DNA of 43,370 nt from a virus (Duplodnaviria > Caudoviricetes), in the IMG/VR virus record IMGVR_UViG_3300042515_001235, positions 1 to 43,370 of that record. One strand, given 5' to 3'. Numbering within the stretch: position 1 is the first letter of the stretch; each line of letters starts with the position of its first letter. A program made the position numbers and the translations under genes. Below the pieces are notes generated by a model that saw nothing but the letters and a program-made list of their open reading frames with translations, did not search any database and had not been told where the DNA came from. Of the stretch, positions 36,660-43,370 are shown one piece after another.

Positions 36660-36891
36660 CCTTCTGCTCGCCGTCGCCAGCTGGTGGAATCCCGACCTAG
36701 TCCCTGTGATCGGGGTGGAGGCGGCCTACGTTCTGCACACCACTAGCGCACCCGCTGCGCCGGAGTGCTGCTGCCAGTGCGTCAATGGCGTGATCACCCA
36801 CGGCGACGGGCACAAGACACCCTGCCCATGCCCACCAGACTGCAAGTGCAAACGAAAGGGCGCGGACTGCCATTGCTCGCCAAAGAAGTAG
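36652..36891 (+). CDS. small Cys-rich secreted or membrane protein
   Basis: ATG 36652. Hydrophobic N-terminus, then CCCQC.NG...GDG...CPCPPDCKCK...CHC. Confidence 0.65.
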   Translation: MRSLLLAVASWWNPDLVPVIGVEAAYVLHTTSAPAAPECCCQCVNGVITHGDGHKTPCPCPPDCKCKRKGADCHCSPKK

Positions 36892-37247
36892 CTGACCTAT
36901 GCCTCGTTCAGACAGGCACCCGAGGGATCAGTGACCATGCCCGAGAGGTGGCGCTTGTTGGTCTCCTGGTGGTCCCGGACGGGGCGGTCTCTATGCGGGA
37001 GTTTCGGCGCCGCATCAAAGAGACCTACGTCAAGGCGCACCCCGAGCACGGCAGTTTCTTCCTCATCTTCGTCCTGCCGGTACTGATCTCGCTCATCTCC
37101 AACTGGATAGCCAAATGGATTATGAACCGGACGGACATGAGATCGATTCGGGCTGGGGCTTTCGACGCATTAACCGAATCATCGCCACGTATGACGGACA
37201 TACTCACATCTATCAGTTTCCAAAGGAAGAATCGGACGGAGCCGTGA
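36873..37247 (+). CDS. membrane protein
   Basis: Transmembrane segment FFLIFVLPVLISLISNWIAKWIM. Start uncertain (TTG 36873 chosen). Confidence 0.6.
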   Translation: MLAKEVADLCLVQTGTRGISDHAREVALVGLLVVPDGAVSMREFRRRIKETYVKAHPEHGSFFLIFVLPVLISLISNWIAKWIMNRTDMRSIRAGAFDALTESSPRMTDILTSISFQRKNRTEP

Positions 37248-37342
37248 GGATCGTCAAGGCGCACGTTGAGGAGGGGCAGCTGCACCCGTACGCGGGTCTG
37301 ATGCTGGTTCGCATGATCAGAGAGGCGGAGCATGACGTTTGA
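37115..37342 (+). CDS. hypothetical protein
   Basis: Fills the gap to the next gene. The start is uncertain and overlaps the previous ORF. Confidence 0.45.
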   Translation: MDYEPDGHEIDSGWGFRRINRIIATYDGHTHIYQFPKEESDGAVRIVKAHVEEGQLHPYAGLMLVRMIREAEHDV

Positions 37343-37559
37343 GGTGGAGGGCTGGATGCTGATCGTCACCGTGGCGGCAGCCGTAATTCCGTGGGCGATG
37401 TCCATTCACGCCAAGGTGGCGGTCATCGCAAGCTCTGTTGAGTCGTTGCCCGAAGTTGTGGAGGAACTTCGGGAAGCCCTCATGGAGCATGAACATAGAT
37501 TGAACGAGCATGCCCAAGAGATCGCAGCTCTCAAAAAAACAGCAAGCCCTAGCAGCTGA
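37332..37559 (+). CDS. small TM plus coiled-coil protein (holin-like)
   Basis: SD GGAG; WMLIVTVAAAVIPWAM followed by a coiled coil. Confidence 0.6.
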   Translation: MTFEVEGWMLIVTVAAAVIPWAMSIHAKVAVIASSVESLPEVVEELREALMEHEHRLNEHAQEIAALKKTASPSS

Positions 37560-38109
37560 ATACATGCCGCTGGCCAGGATGCTGGCCCGCTTCTTCGTCC
37601 AGAACCGCCCCGCATGGCAGCGGTCGGCGTTCATCGAAGACCTAGAAGGCGAAGGATTCCTGGCCCTCACCAAGGCGGCCAAGACCTACGACAAGGCCCG
37701 GCTCCCCTACCCGAAGGCGTACTTCGCCCGGGCGATAATGAACTCCATGTACAAGTGGATCAAGCGAACCACTCGCATGCCTGGAGATTGGAAGGTCAGC
37801 CTGCAAGAGGCGGCCGATCTGCTGCCGGTCGTTGAGCATCCAGACTATCTGGCGATGGCGATCAGCGACTTGCCGGATGATCAAGAGCTGGCGACAGACA
37901 GGTTCCAGAAGTGCCATACCCTGCGGACTATAGCGGAAGACCACTCTCTCTCGCTGCGCGCAGCTTCTGTTCGTAGTCGGGAGCTTGCCAAGAACCTTGC
38001 GGAAGCCTTGGGAATCCGGCTTCAGCAGCGCGAATCAGGCAGCGGATGTCGGCCGGGTGGTAGTAGCCGCCCCCGGGCTTCCGGTGGCCGGCAACGCAAA
38101 GGTCGCTAG
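37510..38109 (+). CDS. sigma70-family (group 3/4-like) sigma factor
   Basis: Region 2: YMPLARMLA...EDLEGEGFLALTKAAKTYD...AYFARAIMN. Region 4 HTH: TLRTIAEDHSLS. Confidence 0.78.
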   Translation: MPKRSQLSKKQQALAAEYMPLARMLARFFVQNRPAWQRSAFIEDLEGEGFLALTKAAKTYDKARLPYPKAYFARAIMNSMYKWIKRTTRMPGDWKVSLQEAADLLPVVEHPDYLAMAISDLPDDQELATDRFQKCHTLRTIAEDHSLSLRAASVRSRELAKNLAEALGIRLQQRESGSGCRPGGSSRPRASGGRQRKGR

Positions 38110-38695
38110 CGATCTTGTAGTAGGCATGCCCCTGCGCCCTGCGGCTTGCGGCCTCCGCTGCCAGGGTGCGCTCCGCGGGCAGGGCCTCCCAATGCCGGCC
38201 GTTCCGATCCTTGCGGACCAGCCACCCGTATGGACGGACCCGGTGGTAGGGCTCGCCCTTGGCCCGCTTGTGAGCGTAGACCTCGCGCTTCCGCTGGCCG
38301 TGCAGGCGCGACTCAAACTGGGCGAACGCCACCAGCTGCGAGAAGAACAGCTCGCCGGCTGGGGACGAGAGGTCCAGGTCCAGGTCTAGGATGCGGATCC
38401 TGATGCCCAGCTCCCGCCATGTCTGCATGGCCGGCGCCGCATCGGCCAGCGAACGGAACGCACGGTCCACCTTGGTGAACGCGAGCGTGTCCCCTGGTGC
38501 GAGCGCATCCCACAACAGCTTCCCTTCCCTGCGGGCCTTCAGCTGGATGGAGTGTGCGGACTGATCGATGTCCCGGAAGATCCGCTCTATCTCCATCCCC
38601 TGCTTGGCCGCCCACTCCTTGAGCCTGGACTCCTGCGCCTCGGCGCTGTTCTCCTGGCGATCAGTGGACACACGGACGTAGCAGTAGAGCTTCAT
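37928..38695 (-). CDS. serine recombinase (resolvase/invertase family)
   Basis: YCYVRVSTDRQ (catalytic Ser), KVDRAFRS, LDLSSPAGEL, FAQFES, PYGW. Confidence 0.92.
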   Translation of the reverse strand: MKLYCYVRVSTDRQENSAEAQESRLKEWAAKQGMEIERIFRDIDQSAHSIQLKARREGKLLWDALAPGDTLAFTKVDRAFRSLADAAPAMQTWRELGIRIRILDLDLDLSSPAGELFFSQLVAFAQFESRLHGQRKREVYAHKRAKGEPYHRVRPYGWLVRKDRNGRHWEALPAERTLAAEAASRRAQGHAYYKIASDLCVAGHRKPGGGYYHPADIRCLIRAAEAGFPRLPQGSWQAPDYEQKLRAARESGLPL

Positions 38696-38763
38696 CGGGA
38701 CGGCCAGAAGATGAGGCACAGGGTCAGGAAACCGAACACTACAAACTCAATGCCTTCGCTCAT
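38692..38763 (-). CDS. micro membrane peptide (23 aa)
   Basis: SD GGAGGT; MSEGIEFVVFGFLTLCLIFWPSR; ATGA-coupled to the recombinase. Confidence 0.5.
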   Translation of the reverse strand: MSEGIEFVVFGFLTLCLIFWPSR

Positions 38764-38882
38764 CGGGGAACCTCCATAAGTATACGCAAAACCAGCTCCT
38801 TCAGCTGCACCGCTAGCAGCAGAAGCACACTCACCGCCAGGGCCGTGAGCGCCCTCAGAACATCCCTGTACATGGTGCCCTC

Positions 38883-39293
38883 CTAGCACACTCCGAAATC
38901 GAACTCCTCATTCCCATGCTGGTCGGTTCGCATCCTGCAAATGACCGTCTGGGTGCCGTTGCTCCACAGCGGGATGGCGCCCGCCGGGTAGTTGAGCTTG
39001 TGCAATTCCACATCCGGGGGCAGCGGGCACCAGTGTGCCCAGACATCGTCCAGGCCCTCGGCAGGGGCGACGTTCTCCAGGGTGACGAACGACTTGAACA
39101 GCCTGGGGCCGATGCCCTTGTAGATCCGCTGGATGCAGGACAGCACATGCCGCGGATCGGAGTCGGCCTTGGGCGCGTACTCCAGCAGGCCGTGCCGGCC
39201 AGCCAGGAATTCGTTGACCTGAACGATGGCGTTCAGCTTGTTGACCACCGTGAACGCATCGAAAAAGTCCTGCATCACATCGCTGTCAGTCAT
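38883..39293 (-). CDS. hypothetical protein
   Basis: SD AGGAG before ATG 39293. Confidence 0.65.
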   Translation of the reverse strand: MTDSDVMQDFFDAFTVVNKLNAIVQVNEFLAGRHGLLEYAPKADSDPRHVLSCIQRIYKGIGPRLFKSFVTLENVAPAEGLDDVWAHWCPLPPDVELHKLNYPAGAIPLWSNGTQTVICRMRTDQHGNEEFDFGVC

Positions 39294-39339
39294 TTCTTTC
39301 TCCTGTGTTTGTTCACCAACTCTTGCACCTCGTCTACGC

Positions 39340-40443
39340 TCACCTCCCGCACAGCGGGCAGGAACCCTGTGCCGCCGCCTGCGACCGCTGCTCCGCACTC
39401 GGTGTCGGGAACACCCTGCTGGATGGCAGGAGGGCGTTGCCCTTGCGGACGTTGGCCCACATGCCGCTGCTCATAGCACCTCCGTGGACGACGGTGTAGC
39501 CGCTGGCCTCTGCCTGGGCGTTGGCCAGCGGATCCCCCGGCACGGCAATCACGGCACGCTCACCGAACCGCTGACGCACCACGCTGGTCACGGCTTCAGT
39601 TGTGGCACGCGAATCGGCCCCGGCCTCCGCGACCCACGCCTCGCACGCCTGCTCGCTGGTGAGCGTGTTGTGCATGTGGTTCAGCACCTCTGCCTGCAAG
39701 GCTTTGAGGAATGCCGGAGTGACGTTGTCCCGGTCCATGTTCAGCGGAATCTTCTGGAGAACATTGACCCTGTACGGCATGTCGCATTCGACAACGGGAA
39801 CGCCAAGCTCCAGGATCTCGCCGCCATCTGACCCGTCGTATACCTCAACGTCGCACGTTCGCATGGTCCGGCGAAGGTTGCCATCTGGGTCGGCAATCTC
39901 CGTGGGCAGGCGGCAAGAGAATCGACACAGTGAATCCCGGCGAGGGACAGCCTCGCCGTTCAGCGTTGTGGCCACGGGAGGGATGGTCCTCCGCATGAAA
40001 TCCACGGCATCATCGTACTCGCTGCGAGTCATCCGCATGGTTGCCTGGAACTGCGTCCCCAACTCGCGGTTGGCCCGCGTTCGCCGTCGCTCGTCGCCGT
40101 CGAACACAATGCCCCCGCCGGTGCTGATGATGGACGCCTTGTGGCAGACCGACAGCACCAGCTTCTCGCCCAGGCAGAACCGCCCGCGCTTCTCCGCATC
40201 GCCGGCCCGCCGGGACTTGGCGAACATGGTGTAGGCATGAGCGAGATCATCGAACCCCTCGCCCCAGTCCTCCACCGTGATATCCACCGCAGGCCGACCG
40301 TCCACTGGCTCCATGGTGATAGACACCCTGTCGGTGCCGCTGTCCCATGCGTTACTGACCAGCTCGGCAATGGCAAAGGACTTGCCACGCCGCTCCAGGA
40401 TGGCGGCCAGCCCATCGCGATCAACGTCAAACCACTGCGTCAT
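39340..40443 (-). CDS. GHKL (HATPase_c) ATPase-domain protein
   Basis: N-box IAELVSNAWDS, G1 VEDWGEGF, G2 RGRFCLGEK, GTQF. C-terminal CPLC. Confidence 0.85.
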   Translation of the reverse strand: MTQWFDVDRDGLAAILERRGKSFAIAELVSNAWDSGTDRVSITMEPVDGRPAVDITVEDWGEGFDDLAHAYTMFAKSRRAGDAEKRGRFCLGEKLVLSVCHKASIISTGGGIVFDGDERRRTRANRELGTQFQATMRMTRSEYDDAVDFMRRTIPPVATTLNGEAVPRRDSLCRFSCRLPTEIADPDGNLRRTMRTCDVEVYDGSDGGEILELGVPVVECDMPYRVNVLQKIPLNMDRDNVTPAFLKALQAEVLNHMHNTLTSEQACEAWVAEAGADSRATTEAVTSVVRQRFGERAVIAVPGDPLANAQAEASGYTVVHGGAMSSGMWANVRKGNALLPSSRVFPTPSAEQRSQAAAQGSCPLCGR

Positions 40444-40664
40444 CAGTAGTCCTCCTCCACAAGGGTGTCTTGGAACTTCTTCAACGCCTTCTGCATGAAC
40501 ATGAAAGGGTCCATTCCCTCCTGGTCACACAGATGCAGGAGGCTCACCGCCAAGTCCTGCATGATCACGCCCTGATCCTCATCGATATCCCGCCCGGTTG
40601 CAGACGCGAACTGCTGGCATGCCCGCAGCCCACGCTTCGCAATCGTCTTGTCACCCGTCAGCAT
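40443..40664 (-). CDS. hypothetical protein
   Basis: SD GGAGG, TGATG coupling, DLAVSLLHLCD motif. Confidence 0.65.
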   Translation of the reverse strand: MLTGDKTIAKRGLRACQQFASATGRDIDEDQGVIMQDLAVSLLHLCDQEGMDPFMFMQKALKKFQDTLVEEDY

Positions 40665-40890
40665 CGCTATCCCTCCTGATCTGCTCGGCCCACGCCACAA
40701 TCTCACTCACATTCCCGCGGATCACCCAACGCAGGTGATCGGGGGCGCTCCCGTAACCATCGGCCATGATGATGTCCAGATAGTCTCGCAACTTTGGTGA
40801 GCCCAGCACTCGCCGGTTGGCGGTGGCCCATAGCTGGGCATGTTCGTACGGCAGCGTGTATCCACGCACCAACCACGCATCCACCATCAC
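40651..40890 (-). CDS. hypothetical protein
   Basis: SD GGAGGT; part of the coupled - strand operon. Confidence 0.65.
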   Translation of the reverse strand: MMVDAWLVRGYTLPYEHAQLWATANRRVLGSPKLRDYLDIIMADGYGSAPDHLRWVIRGNVSEIVAWAEQIRRDSDADG

Positions 40891-40898
40891 TCACCTCC

Positions 40899-41096
40899 TC
40901 AGTGTGCCGCCACCTGTTCCTGCTCCACGCGAGCCAGGATTCTACCCACCTCACGGCAGCGCTTCAGGTCTGCCTCATACTCCTCGGTCTGGCCATCGAT
41001 GTCCCACGGGGCCATGTCCTCCAGCCCTTCCTCGTCCCGGCGGATAGCCGCCTGGAGGTAGAAGAACTGCCGGGCCGTCAGTTGAAGCTGGATCAT
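40899..41096 (-). CDS. hypothetical protein
   Basis: SD AAGGAG, ATGA coupling. Confidence 0.65.
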   Translation of the reverse strand: MIQLQLTARQFFYLQAAIRRDEEGLEDMAPWDIDGQTEEYEADLKRCREVGRILARVEQEQVAAH

Positions 41097-41389
41097 GTGT
41101 CACTCCTTGTGGCATTGGCTAACGCCTCATCCGCCATTCGGCAGGCCTTGTGCTGACCGTCCGTGCCATCCGATGTGAAGGCGTATCGCATCGCAATGAG
41201 CGCCTCCAAAAGGGCGGGGGCACAGGCGATGAGGCGGGCATTGGCAGCCATCTCGTCCGGCGGCAGGCGCCTGCCGTTGTCGTCATTGCCAAGTACCTTG
41301 GCGATCCATCCCGTCGAATGCCCAGGCGTGATGGAGAAAATCTCCAGGGTGTCATCGTCTACATCCCATGGTCCCTCAGTATGTGCCAT
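41093..41389 (-). CDS. phage hypothetical protein (HTPGPW...ANARLIAAAP type)
   Basis: MAHTEGPW...ANARLIACAPALLEAL. Confidence 0.75.
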   Translation of the reverse strand: MAHTEGPWDVDDDTLEIFSITPGHSTGWIAKVLGNDDNGRRLPPDEMAANARLIACAPALLEALIAMRYAFTSDGTDGQHKACRMADEALANATRSDT

Positions 41390-41616
41390 CACTCGTCCTC
41401 CGGTTCTTCGTAGTCCTCGGCCTCCCAGTAGCACGGTGCCACTGGCTCTCCAGTGAAGTGAGCGATAGCCTGCTTCGCCCGCAGAATGATGTCGCGTTGC
41501 GAATGGGAGGCCATCCCGGTCCGCTCATGGCATTCGGTGTCGTATTCGTACTCCTCCAGCATGTCGGCCAACGCACTGTGCAATTCGCACGCGGCAGACG
41601 GATTGGTAATGCCCAT
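41389..41616 (-). CDS. hypothetical protein
   Basis: TGATG coupling on both sides. Confidence 0.6.
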   Translation of the reverse strand: MGITNPSAACELHSALADMLEEYEYDTECHERTGMASHSQRDIILRAKQAIAHFTGEPVAPCYWEAEDYEEPEDE

Positions 41617-41846
41617 CACTCTCTCCCTTCTGCTTTGACAATGATTGCATCGCACCGCGGTTCCATCGCCCGCCATTCATCTGCATTGCAGCCCCGGATC
41701 CCGCCGTCCGTAGAGGCGTATTTCAGCAGCGAAACTGTTCGACGCAAGCATTCCAGCATCTCCGGCGCCGCCGCCATCAACCGCTGGCTCTCACGCTTGT
41801 CCCTCCCACGCAAGATGCTGGGGTAATCACTGTCAGGAAATGGCAT
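41616..41846 (-). CDS. phage hypothetical protein (RLxAAAPEML type)
   Basis: QRLMAAAPEMLECL; SD GGAGG. Confidence 0.65.
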   Translation of the reverse strand: MPFPDSDYPSILRGRDKRESQRLMAAAPEMLECLRRTVSLLKYASTDGGIRGCNADEWRAMEPRCDAIIVKAEGRE

Positions 41847-42033
41847 ATGCTGCCTCCAGGTTCTTCAGGATGTCACGCATGTCGCCCAACATTTGTCGAA
41901 TGAATCGCAGATCGGCCGTGTCATTCCGGCGAGCCGCCCGCACCTCGCTCACGGTTAAGTATTCGATGCGGTCAAAGATCAATTGCCGCACCGCCTCGCC
42001 CTGGTCGGCAGTCCAATCAATCGCTGGCATCAC
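41833..42033 (-). CDS. hypothetical protein
   Basis: SD GGAGG, coupled operon. Confidence 0.6.
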   Translation of the reverse strand: MMPAIDWTADQGEAVRQLIFDRIEYLTVSEVRAARRNDTADLRFIRQMLGDMRDILKNLEAAYAIS

Positions 42034-42314
42034 TTGCCTCCTCGCAGAATGCGCATCCGTGGGGCAATCGAACTAGCGAGGGCTTCGGCCTCACGCTTCA
42101 CCTTCTCCTGAAGGCACAGCTCCATGATGCTGTCTCGGGTGTTAGGCCCGGCGGGCAGCTCGCACAGCCAGAACGCCATGCCGCGGAAGGTCTGGTAGCA
42201 GTTGCCGCTGGCGCACACGCTGACGAACCCTTGATTGTGACCAGGGATTTTGTACCGACGCAGCACTGACTCGCGCTCGCCGTTTGGAATGTTGATGAAT
42301 CTGCGCGTCATCAC
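42030..42314 (-). CDS. hypothetical protein
   Basis: SD AAGGAG, GTGATG coupling. Confidence 0.6.
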   Translation of the reverse strand: MMTRRFINIPNGERESVLRRYKIPGHNQGFVSVCASGNCYQTFRGMAFWLCELPAGPNTRDSIMELCLQEKVKREAEALASSIAPRMRILRGGK

Positions 42315-42646
42315 TCGCTCCTTTCCGCAGTCGATCTAATCGCCAGGGCCGCCCGCACCCGGTCGGCCACCTCGCTGCCACCATCCACGGCGGTGCCGTT
42401 CTTCCAGTACAGGAGCAGAGCCTCGCAGGCGGAACGCAGGCACTCCAGCTGCCGGAGGTCTTCCTCAAAGCACAGCCACGGGGACTCGCCATGGTTCAGA
42501 TAGAACATGGCCATGTCCTGGGCGGTGCCATCCAGGGCCTCGGCCATGGCGTCGATGTCGCCATCCAGAAACTCGTCATCGTCTGCGTCGATGTGCTCCA
42601 TCCAGAACGCCATCGCCGTGTACTTGTAGGCAGTTGGGTCCATCAT
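42311..42646 (-). CDS. acidic hypothetical protein
   Basis: SD GAGGT, coupled. D/E-rich N-terminal half. Confidence 0.6.
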   Translation of the reverse strand: MMDPTAYKYTAMAFWMEHIDADDDEFLDGDIDAMAEALDGTAQDMAMFYLNHGESPWLCFEEDLRQLECLRSACEALLLYWKNGTAVDGGSEVADRVRAALAIRSTAERSE

Positions 42647-42897
42647 CCCACCTCATGCTTGGCGTGATCATCCCACAGGCGGCGCTCAACCGCTTCCAGA
42701 GTTCCGGTGTATTCCGACCGCCCGATGTGCGTGAAGTACTGGCCGTCCTTCAGTGAACACAAGACGCCGGCGCCGTCGTACACGTACACCGTCAGCACGT
42801 TGTCCGGCACGTAGCCGAAGTTGTCGTCCAGAATGTCATGCTCCAGACCTTGCGTGGCCTGATGCTGTGTCGCTCGCCAGTCCTCAAAGGTCATCAC
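42643..42897 (-). CDS. hypothetical protein
   Basis: SD GGAG, coupled operon. Confidence 0.6.
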   Translation of the reverse strand: MMTFEDWRATQHQATQGLEHDILDDNFGYVPDNVLTVYVYDGAGVLCSLKDGQYFTHIGRSEYTGTLEAVERRLWDDHAKHEVG

Positions 42898-43124
42898 GCA
42901 CGCTCCGTTCGTAGATCAATGAAGTAGCCGTCAGCGTGCAGCCCCGGGCGGCATCGCTCCACCCAAATGTCGCACTCGTCCTGAAGTCTCCGGCCTTGCA
43001 TTTCAGCGTCCGTGGCCTGCTCCACTGCGCCCGCGAGGTGATGTGCCAGCACAACGTAGTCGCGTGGCTTCTCGCCATCCTCACGCTCCCTCCCGGACAG
43101 CGTGACGGTGTATGTGGTCATCAC
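42894..43124 (-). CDS. hypothetical protein
   Basis: SD GGAG, coupled operon. Confidence 0.6.
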   Translation of the reverse strand: MMTTYTVTLSGREREDGEKPRDYVVLAHHLAGAVEQATDAEMQGRRLQDECDIWVERCRPGLHADGYFIDLRTERA

Positions 43125-43297
43125 GCAATCTCCAGTATGTGAAGGATGTCGGACAGGACGGAGCGGACATGCGCATCTTGTATCGACTCGCCGGATGCGT
43201 CAGGTAACGCAGCTATTGCGGATAGGTGATCAATCTCCCGTTGCAGTACATCCCGCAACTCCTCGGCCTGCTCGTCGGTCAGGTCAATCGTTGGCAT
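43121..43297 (-). CDS. hypothetical protein
   Basis: SD AGGAG before ATG 43297 (MPTIDLTDEQ...). Confidence 0.6.
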   Translation of the reverse strand: MPTIDLTDEQAEELRDVLQREIDHLSAIAALPDASGESIQDAHVRSVLSDILHILEIA

Positions 43298-43370
43298 TGG
43301 CAGTCTCCTGGCTGGCGGCATGCTGGCGAGCTAGCTGCAACAGCATGTCCTGAAGGTCGCACCTATAGGA

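Noticed and set aside
41645-41665. TGCATCG...GGTTCC resembling an attC arm (also 24340-24364)
   Set aside because: Spacing is wrong and there is no complementary partner arm.
40441-43124. Recurring CATCA(C) at gene junctions
   Set aside because: Ordinary SD plus (G)TGATG stop-start translational coupling on the - strand, not a recombination repeat.
1-43370. CRISPR array, rRNA or IS transposase
   Set aside because: No regularly spaced repeats, rRNA-like sequence or transposase motifs were seen.

Overview
A GC-rich, gene-dense segment of a tailed dsDNA phage or prophage. The layout looks podovirus-like: terminase, portal, adaptor, nozzle and large ejection proteins, with no tape-measure or sheath gene. 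No major capsid gene is recognisable in this window. Order on the + strand: glycosyltransferase-methyltransferase fusion, packaging genes with an HNH homing endonuclease, and virion genes (1-23.3 kb). A tyrosine recombinase follows on the - strand. Next come a structured intergenic region with a tRNA-like 5' fragment, a RecE/ERF/SSB/helicase module, small accessory genes, a module of membrane proteins and proteases in the position expected for lysis genes, and a sigma factor (24.5-38.1 kb). A convergent - strand operon carries a serine recombinase, a GHKL ATPase and many small genes (37.9-43.3 kb). A Planctomycetota host is suggested only by my recall of motif families, not by a search. Most notable observations: (1) a small array of integron-type attC cassettes at 29.3-29.7 kb whose gene reads antisense and starts inside the attC; (2) a candidate attP with a promoter and a tRNA 5' end next to the integrase; (3) a lysis-position cluster with S8 and papain-like proteases but no recognisable peptidoglycan hydrolase; (4) a recurring GGRCAMTAG motif that may be a phage-sigma promoter; (5) RNA-switch-like hairpins. 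All product calls come from motif reading without database searches.
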